DNA of 64,000 nt, taken from Haliotis rufescens (taxonomy: Eukaryota). The notes under the pieces were generated by a model. It saw only the letters and a program-made list of their open reading frames with translations. It had not been told where the DNA came from and did no database searches. This document shows, in pieces, positions 38,438-48,571 of this stretch (the first letter of the stretch is position 1; every line of letters starts with the position of its first letter). Location: contig NW_025963791.1 of assembly GCF_023055435.1 (NCBI RefSeq), positions 22,692,001 through 22,756,000 on the forward strand, read 5' to 3'. The position numbers and the translations under genes are program-made.

Positions 38438-38730
38438 AGTGAGTGAGTGAGTGAGTGAGTGAATTGGGTTTAACGCCGCTTTTAACAGTATTCCAGTTAT
38501 ATCACGGCGTGTCAGCTTGCTGTGGGAGGAAAGCCCGAAATGATGCAGGTCTCAGACGTTTACCACCTCGGTGAAACCCACGAGCACGGGTATGGTGCTG
38601 ACAAACCTAGAAACATAATCGGGGCGAACCGGGATTCGAACCCACAATCATAGGTTTCTGGAGTGCCCAAGGGACGCAACTCTGCACAGCGAATCGCGGC
38701 GCCTTAGACGACTGGACCACCCATTGCCCC
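38438..38730 (-). mobile_element. SINE family C, full length (tRNA-Leu-like head with long insert)
   Basis: Minus strand reads GGGGCAATGGGTGGTCCAGTCGTCTAAGGCGCCG...GTGGGTTCGAATCCCGGTTCGCCCC; body contains GGCTTTCCTCCCAC; shared tail plus (CTCA)n. Confidence 0.9.
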
Positions 38731-40677
38731 AGTCAACCAGAAGGCCATGACACACGTTGTACACGCTGTCAAGCGGGTAACATTATAAGTTGTAAAACAT
38801 TATAGCCGGACCTAGTAAAATGTGACTTTTAAGCTGAGGTTAACTTGTGCTGTGTCACGTGACTTCATTTGCTCGGGAAAAGCGTGCGGCTTTCTTTTTT
38901 GCATCGAAGCAGGGTATAAGGATATATTCTGCCTCTCAGAAATCCACGTGCAGCGTGCAGTGTACCTGGCGGGGTATAAGACCTTTAATCCCCCGCTGAG
39001 AAATTTATTACCCTCCATGGCGGGTTACACAGTATTTCATCAAGATCATGTGGACCAATCAGATCTCATCAGTCTGATAGGGAAGTATATTAATGACGTT
39101 TCTATCGTTGTAACGACTGTCGCTTGATTCCTTGGATACAAATCTGCAAAGCGGCCAGATTATTCACAGATGATTGAGGCACGTCGTGTTCACAAACCCG
39201 CGAAGTGTTGACGGTGTGCTTCCTCACGAAAAGATATATTAAATAAAAAAACAAAAATACATTTATTTGAATTTTTTATTACATGAGATGACTGGAATGA
39301 TCGCCATATTAACCTTGATGACCACGTCAGCCAACCATTGTTTTCCCTAATACTGACCAGTAACGGTCACCTATTGATATTGCCAATGGTCAAATGTATT
39401 ACATCTGGCCGTCCGTACATTATGATACCATAGACGCCCCTGCGTGTTCATAGCTATAGGACATTTATACTAGTCAACACGTGAAGGGTATTTCTTACCA
39501 CTCATGCATTAAGTGAACAATGCATTACTGCGCTCACTAAAGCCATCACATTTTACAGAACTGGCCTTCCATACTCTTACGTGACAGGAAGTGTGTGTCA
39601 AACACTCTCTATTACAATTCGGTTTAACTGAAGCCTGTGCTCACTGTCACTTGGTTTATGGCTTCTTAGGTCAATATTATAAAATAATGTCATAAAATAA
39701 ATTCATATAATAAAATAATTCATATAATACGAATTACTAAATCATAACACAAAAATGAAATTTGCCAATGGCATTATTTTTCGATACGTATTTTTAAGAG
39801 TGAAAAAATCAAATTTATTCGTTAAAGTATGTCCTAAAAATGACAAAAATAGCATGATTATTCGATATGTATTTCTAAAACGGCAAAGTCAAATTTATTC
39901 GTTAAAGCATGTCCTAAAAATAAAAATTGTAAAAGGCATTTGAACAGTTCTTAGAGAACAGCCAAATTTAAATTTAGTTCATATAATACAAAGTTGTTGC
40001 AAAATGCATCAGCAAAAATGAAATATGAAATTCCTTAAGTAAGTTTTCTCAGCAATATTTGTCACACAATTCCAATCAATTCACAAGATGACTATGTAAA
40101 ATTGTAATACTGTACGAAATAGTACAATATAAATTTCAACAGCAGCACTGGGAGATTGTTGAAACAGAATTGAACGTGTACATACATTTCAACAGCTTAA
40201 TTCTCAACCCCAACACTTTCATCATATTCCGCTATTTCGCACAGTAAAGACGACCTCTATGCATGTTCAAGGAATGTATATAAATATATGTACAACAAAC
40301 ACGTCTTGCAGGTCTAATATCACAGATGATTGCCGTACAATGTGTGCACCACGTGTTTGCACGTCGACCGCTTCTTACAATCATTTACACGTCTAGGAAA
40401 ATATTTCACAAAATATATATGCATTTTATCCGTAGGCACATGGAGACAGCACATACACACTGCGATAATGTCCCACGGTCGCCGTGATTGACATATGATA
40501 CTGACATGTATCACGTGTCAATGTTACCATAGAAATGAAATGAAATAACCACTTCTTTTGCTGACAGTCTATGAAACATTGCGGGTAAGTCTTATAAACA
40601 CATTCAATCAATTATCAACCATTGCAGCCACTGCATGACACATTACAAAATAATGAAACCAATTTTACTGTCAAATG

Positions 40678-40976
40678 TACGGAAACTCATTAGGGCCACA
40701 AAATTAAAATAAATTATCTTGAAAAAAAGTTCTTGTCTGTCAACAGTAACAGCTCAGAGCACAAAATGAAGCCTTGGGAACTTCATTTGTTGATTGCAGT
40801 ACATCTTGAATTCTTCACTTAATAACTTGATTTTTCCAGATAGTATAAGATAATTTTCAATTTTATAACTTGCGTTTTCAAGATAACAAGTTAAGAATTT
40901 TGAACTTAATTTTCAAGTTACTACCTTGAATTGTCAAGATAATACTAACATGACATGGTCCTGATGGGCTTCCGTA
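40678..40976. mobile_element. MITE with imperfect TIRs
   Basis: TACGGAAACTCATTAGGGCCA versus TGGTCCTGATGGGCTTCCGTA. Confidence 0.7.
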
Positions 40977-43395
40977 CAAATGAACTAATCACTTTCAGTT
41001 GGATATGGTAATATTGAATTGAACATGCCAAATTAAGGTTCTCGTTATCTTTAGTTGAAATGCATTGATGTCCCTCGCCCAAGCGATCAATAATTGCCCA
41101 ATAAAAATACGTTTACCCCTAATGGCAAATTCATATCTAAGCTCTTAGTGTACACTTAAATAACATAAATGCAACAATAAATGTAGTGCGTTCATAAGGA
41201 CACTGTTGATATAGTCTTAAACACTTAATCACATTTTCTTTTTAAATAGAAATGTGCAATCAACAGTTCCAAGCTTTAATTATACGAGTAAAAATACTGA
41301 TTTTTTTTAAAAAAAATTTACCCTTCGTCTAATGATTGAGACCTGAGCTTGACATATTCCACACTATATGCGAATTCCCATCAGTTATAGCATTAAAATA
41401 GATTAATGGTTTAAAAATAGACGAAAATAGAAGATTTATACGTAGAGACAGAACCCTGATTAAATAATTTCCAAATAAAGACACCAGTAACATCAGAGTT
41501 AAACCCAACCATAGCCCACAGCACTTCCCTCAATAAATGTCAATACAATGACATCTCCATATCTCGAAATCCTGGGGAACTCCAAATCTATATCTATATA
41601 TATCTAGGTAGTTTGAAGTGAATATGTTACTTCATAGTGCCGATAAGGATTCAGTCAGCACCATAAAATAACATTGTCATCAAGGATATGTCCAGTTGTC
41701 GAGTTCGAGGTATTGAGGTTTCACTGTATTCAACAACCAGTAATAACCAATTTTTGATGATTCAGAAAACACAGGAATTCATTAACCATATACATTAAGG
41801 TACGAGACATTTAAGCCAGAGAGTCAATTATTGACAATACATTCAGCAGTTTTCCCAAGGTTTCATCACGAACAAGACCATCACACGAAGTAGAGACTGA
41901 AGCATTCAAGACGTCATTCCGGGCCGAGTTGTGACGAATGACTGACGATGAAATCGGAGTGTTGAGTTAACTTCCGGTAACAATTATTAAAGCAACGGAA
42001 GAAAACAGGTTTTTTTTCGTGGAAGTTGTCTGGACGCGTCAGCTGAAAGAGACTGGTCCGGGTGCTACAAAATGGAATACACCGTTTACAACTGAACAAG
42101 ATCGTGTTTCCAAATATGGTGACATTTGATAGCACACACTTTGCCATTTTGATTCAATTATTAAATTGTGGTCAATTTGGGATGAGGTCCAGCTGAATTT
42201 TCACCGGATTGTGACTTGTTACATGTTACATGTTACATGCTACAGTTCTCACCGGAAGATAAACAGATTTAAGTTGTTTGGTTTCTTTACAGTTTCACTG
42301 GCACATGAATTATTGATGATTCTGTAGTACGCTTACTTTGGTTCCTCTACTCTGAATTTTATACGGACTACGTCAATGTTATATCATCCTCGTTTATCCA
42401 GAGTATTATATCTCCATTCTATTATGATAGATACCCTGGATTCATTCGCCACCACAGCTTTGATTTGGGTTTAATTCGCATAGCATGACGTTAACATAAC
42501 CGTCCAATCAAATTACAATCAGAAGCGAGAGAAAGTATGTGCTAAATGAGTGAGAGTAGCGATTGAGATAGTGACGTCACTTCCGCGACCAGGCTATGGA
42601 GGCGAATGAGTCCTTGGAACTGATCACAATAGAACGTAGATATCATGACATAGATACTCGGTGATTTTGTCTCTACACCACTGCAAGAGAACAGTTTCTT
42701 TTAACCATAGATTTCTGAGGATCCACTGGACACCACAAACACAGACACAGAGAGACGCCAAACGGCCACAACCATTTGTTGATTGAACAACTGAGACCGC
42801 GAGAGTCCGTTACACATAGGAACACATACGTAGATACGTCGTTGTTCACGAAGTCACAGAAGACAGTTTTTTTAAGATCACAGAATGGCTGCCGAAGTCC
42901 TTTGGATTTTGAAAGAAAGAGTGACAGTCCTTCGGCACAAAGAAGGATTTTACTGTAGCTTCTGCGAACTAGCGGCTCATCTCCACGAGTCAATGTTTCT
43001 CTTCAGGGAGATCAGCGCTTGATTCGTAGTTCTGACTCATTTCAGATAATAATATGATATTAATATCATCTTACTAGACTTTCATAGTTTACACTGTAAA
43101 AGAAAGCATAACATGAGTTGAACACTTGACTGGACTGAATTAAAATGATCCCTTGATCAATGGTATATATCCAAGTTGAAATGAATTGTCCCAAAGTTGA
43201 AGAAGTGGCCATTGTCCATGATTAATGCACAGGTTAGTTGCCTGGCCACACGAAGTATGCCCTCCGTAGGGACAAATAGTGATCCTGAAGGTGTTTGGTC
43301 TGATATGTTTGTCTAGAATGTTTAGAAACCATTTTGATACACCTTGCTCAAGGGAACATCTTCTTTGAACCTTTTTGATAATTCGTTCATCCACA

Positions 43396-43684
43396 TTAGA
43401 AGAAGTCATCGACGATGACGGACTTGTACGGTTGACCACGTCGGTTGACACAGTCCATGACCATTTGAAGGACCTTCATGACCCTTCTGTCCAGCGAGTC
43501 CAGGAAGGGGTCAAGGAGAACGGGGCTAATCATGTCTACTGCTAGCACTCGCCTCATCACAGTGCTCAGACTCTCGGGGCCTCGGTACAGCTTCACTAGT
43601 TTAATGAAGGTGGAATGGCGGATCAAACAGCACTGGCTGATGGGAGCTAGGATGGACATCTCATCGTGCTTCGTCTTCCCGAAC
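43396..43684 (-). CDS. FAM20C: FAM20C last coding exon
   Basis: [25 protein letters not shown]...[16 protein letters not shown]...VDDFF*. Confidence 0.95.
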
Positions 43685-46600
43685 CTGGAGTGGAGTATGG
43701 AGTGATGGTTGAATATATTTTGATTGTTTGCCACACTCAGCACTATTCCAGCTGTATGACGGCGGTCGGTAAATAATCGAATCTGGACCAGATAATCCAG
43801 TGATTGACATCATGAGCATCGATCTACACAACTGGAATACGATGACATGCATCAACCAAGTCAGCAGCCTGACCACCCAATCCCGTTAGTCGCCTCTTAC
43901 GACAATCATAGACGCTTTTTACGGCAAGCATGGGTTGCTGAAGACCTCTTCTACCCCGGATCTTCACCGGTACCATGTCATAAAGAAAAGTCATATTTAC
44001 CACATCATTCATGTGTTTCTAGGAGTGCGTAATATAGACAATATTCTGTTATAAACAACAAATGTTTTATCCTCAAGAAGTGATAGCAAAGTTTCATTCT
44101 TATTTCTACTTACGATCTCCCATTGTCAAGGTGCATGAGGAAAGTCTCATTGCCGAAGTCCAGAAACGTCTCATAATGATGCCTGTCCATGTTGCCTGGT
44201 AACCATTTAAAAAATATTATCATTTCTGTGTCCTATACCTCGCACCAGTAATTTGCCATCCGAGCAAAGCCCACAACGAAGCAATTGTTCTGGTGCAAGT
44301 TGCCCTTGGATGGCGATATAGTAATACAACCAGCACACAGTAGCTCATTTAACAACAGTCCACAATAAGGATTCGGCTTAATGTACATTCTACCCATAGT
44401 AAAGAAAGACAAATCTTTATGTCCGTGATTTATACATAACTAATCAAACACGCGGTTGACAACTTGGGCCCCAGACGTCAAACGCGCCGCAATACGCTGT
44501 GCAGAGTTGCGTCCCATGGGTATCGCAGGAACCTATGATCATGGTTTCACCAAAGTGATAAATGTGACTTGCATCACGTGGGGCTTTCCTCCCACACCAA
44601 GCGGATATAAATGAATTTTTGTTCACAGCGGCGAAATTTAATAGGTCTGGGACGGGTAACTCGGGTACTCGGATCGGGTGGGTCCTGAGTAAGAACCGGG
44701 TACTCACAGGACTACCCGGACCCGTGGTAAGTCACGAGATATATTGTTTAATGACAAAAGCTTACTATAGCTCAGTGGTTACACTACAAGTCGCGAATGT
44801 TCGCATTTCTTTCTGACGATGCACACATTCCTTTTGACTTGTATATGTTTGAGTAAAGATAATGCTTCAGTTAATTTCAGTGAACGCATGATCTGATTGT
44901 TTGATACATGTATCTAAATAGTCTTAGCCAGACCTGCGGTAAAACAATTACCAATCAGACATTGTGTTCCCAACTCTTGAGACGTGCAGTGGGTACCCGG
45001 GTAGGGTCGGGTAATTGGGGGTCGGGTACCCGGGTAATTAATTTGGACTCGTCCCAGCATTAGGCGAAAACCTCACTCATTCCATTATATTTTACAGAAT
45101 TTGACTTCAAGTGAGTGTAAGATTGGACATGTTCACTGTACCTGTCAGAAAGTCGAACACTGTTATATCCATGAGATCCAGGAGCCGACGACCAGAGTTG
45201 TAGGGAGGGCGACTCCTCACCTTGTCGCACAAATCATCGTAAACTTCCCAGTATGCTTTGCGGTGCTTGCTGTACGACCGTTTCCATGGGTTCCGCCATG
45301 TTTTTCTTGGTGCTATTTTTTCTGGCGGAAGGAATGTTGCGAGCGACGCCTCCGAGGTGTCTGGGTTGCCGCAGATGGCGTGGGTCGTGTCACAGTAGTA
45401 GGAACACGTGCCGTGGAAACACACGTTGCCCGCTGAAACAGAGCCATTGGTATAGTCACATCTCACATCACATCAGGAACATCTTTCTTGGGAACTATTT
45501 TCTTGGACCCAAAAGAATAATTATACAGTAAACTACGGTTATAACGAACACGCTTATAACGAACCGGCGGATATAACGAATTGGTTTTTAGGTCCCTGAC
45601 ATTTGCTATATATATGCTGTATATATGCTTATATATGAATTACGGTTATAACGAACAAGAATTTGTGGTCCCTTTGAGTTCGCCATAACCGTAGTTTACT
45701 GTAGTATTGTGATCCACATTCACAAGAAATATGGTGGAACTTGGATATTGGTAAGTCTAAATGAATCGTCCAAGAGTCGAAGTGGTCTTATTCCGTGATT
45801 GATGGACAGGTCAGTATAAAACGTGTCACCGTACTCAGATGGTATGGATCGTTACTCATGGTATCAATCACTGGTTTGTCTGGTCCAGAGTCGATTACTG
45901 AAATTAAAGACGTTAGGTAGTAGTACACCATATAGTATCGCGTAACAAAGTATGTTGTCCGATGTGATGGTCACGTGAACTCGTCAGTCTGGCATGGGCT
46001 CCTTCCAAGGCTGGCGAGGGTGAGTTAAGGGCCTGAGTGGCATTATTCCAACAAACTGATTACCGCATTACAAGAATCTCACCTGGGGAATAGAAGAAGG
46101 TCTTGACCAGTTTGTGGTCAGCGAAGCGTTTGATGTCGTGGGTCATGTTGATCTTGCGACCGGCCGTCGGGGGCACTCGGTGAAAACCTAGCAGCCTGAA
46201 GCGACACAATCATATTTTAAATGAGCCACTTCGATATCAAGTTCATGCACCTGTAGAAAGAGGGTCACCACTTTTCTCGTGTATTTCAGTCAGTTGATTT
46301 ATGTGTCACATGGTTTTGGTTAACATTCTTTCACATGCATCAGTCGACTTGCCTGAAAGAAGAGCTTTGTTTAATTTATTTTACTTACTTCTATACCTGT
46401 TTCTTGTGTCAAAGGACAAACAATTTATCTTGTCAACATTTGCTTTGGGCGATATACGTTATGTCAACAATATTATTAACGTGTGTCTTCCATGTATCCA
46501 GTATGCGATTATTGCTGTTGGTATACAATTGTGGAATGCCTTATTTATGATTAACCCGCGATGATCCGGGTCAGAATAGGTCTTCAGCAACCCATGCTTG

Positions 46601-48531
46601 CCGTAAAAGGCGACTATGCTTGTCGTAAGAGGCGACTAACGGGATCGGGTGGTCAGGCTCGCTGACTTGGTTGCTGCATGTCATCGATCCCAATTGCGTG
46701 GATCGATGCTCATGATGTCAAACACTGGGTTGTCTGGTCCAGACTCGGTCATTAACAGACCGCCGTCATATAGCTCGAATATTGTTGAGTGCGGCGTTAA
46801 ACAACAAACAAACAAACAAACAGCAAACAAATATGATTAACCTTGCAGATGCAACTACGGAAATTGTGAGTTGGATTACAACACCGTCACTTGTACACCT
46901 TGGGTGGTGAGGTGAAATGGGGTTTAAGTGATACCCACTCCGACATAGTGGACTCCGATCCCACTAGTCCTTGTTTATCCCCAGGCAGGGTAACAACAAG
47001 AGCCATAATTTAACGTCTTTTGTATGTATGATGGTGCTGGGGGTTGTACACGATCTTCCGCTCTCTAGGCAGACGCTCTACCACTAGAGGTGAGGTGAGG
47101 TGAAATGGGGTTTTACGTCGCGTCCAAGATTATTGCACTTATATAGCGACGTGCATGTACGTGTGTGTGTTTGTGTGGCTGCTTGTACTAGTCCGGTCTG
47201 ATGCCGATTTATAGTGCTAGCTCACTGAGATACCATGCCGCAGTTTAACATGAATACCCCACTCAGACACAATATACTGACTCCGAGCCGACCAGTCCTT
47301 GTAGCCCCTTAATGCCGAGCGCCAGACAGGGTAACAACAAGTACCATCTTTTAACGTTTTTTGTATGACGCGGTCGGGGATCGAACCCCGGACCTTCCGC
47401 TCTCCGGGCGGACGCTCTACCAGTAGACCACGGAGGCGGTGCTCTACCACTAGACCACGGAGGCAGTTGTACAAGTAGTAGTGGTAGTAGAAGTGACTTA
47501 AAGTAACTTATATGTTGTATAGCTTTGCTGACGAAGTAAAATTCGAGGACTCTGGAACTGCGAGAGGCTTCAGACTTGTGACTTTCCACTGTCTTGTTGA
47601 TAAACGACATAAATGTCACCTGACAAAAACAATCACCTTGGCGAACACTGCTTGTAACAAATTACAATTTTCATCAAATACCGAGCTGGTTTAGGTGACA
47701 GGTCACGTGTTAAGTCTGGACCATTATGCTGTCACTACAAAATGAACTATTAGTTCACTCAGAGTTTATTAGTTTATGATGGCAATCTGTCAATCACGTT
47801 GTGGACACACCTGTCTAAATTGAAGGCAGCTATCTCAGCGTTATGGCGCTCAAAGTCCACAAAGTAGAAATGGTCCGGAGGCGTCTCATATGTCCGTGGA
47901 AACCTGCATGAGAAAAAGTCAGATGTTAGTTCAGCGATAGGGGCTTGGACACGAGTCTGTCCATTTGTGTTGAACATACGTCACACCGATTGTCCTGATT
48001 GTGTGTCCTGTGTCCAGCCCATGGGTCACAAATCGGCGAATTTTCGGCCAGCAGCGAAGGTGAGGTTAAATGGGTTTAACGTCGTGTCCAACATCATTGC
48101 ACTTATATAGCGACGTGCATGCACGTGCGTGTGTGTGTTTGGCTGCTTGTACTAGTCCGGACTGATGCCGATTTATAGTGCTAGCCTACTGAGATACCAT
48201 GCCGCAGTTTAACATGAATACCCCACTCTGACACAGTATACTGACTCCCAGCCGACCAGTCCTTGTTTTAGCCCCTTAATGCCGAGCGCCAGACAGGGTG
48301 CCATCTTTTAACGTCTTTTGGTATTACGCGGCCGGGGCTCAAACCCCGGTATTCCCTCTCCGGGCGGACGCTCTATCACTACCACGGAGGCGGTCCTCAG
48401 CCAGCAGGGAATACCCGGGGCACCTTGGCTTGTGTTTATTTCCCAGGGAGATGAATTTAAAATGAGAGCATTGACCAGGGTAATAATATAATGTAGCGCT
48501 GTGAGCACGGCGCATTACAGTAGTAGTAGTT

Positions 48532-48571
<40 letters not shown>

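Noticed and set aside
46649-46840. Recurrent small [24 protein letters not shown]... as a peptide family
   Set aside because: It is a translation of the family B SINE. Starts are mostly GTG, and frame integrity varies among copies.
47811-47903. FAM20A pseudokinase or FAM20B xylose kinase
   Set aside because: [18 protein letters not shown] keeps the Glu that is replaced in FAM20A, and the motifs are closer to FAM20C than to FAM20B.
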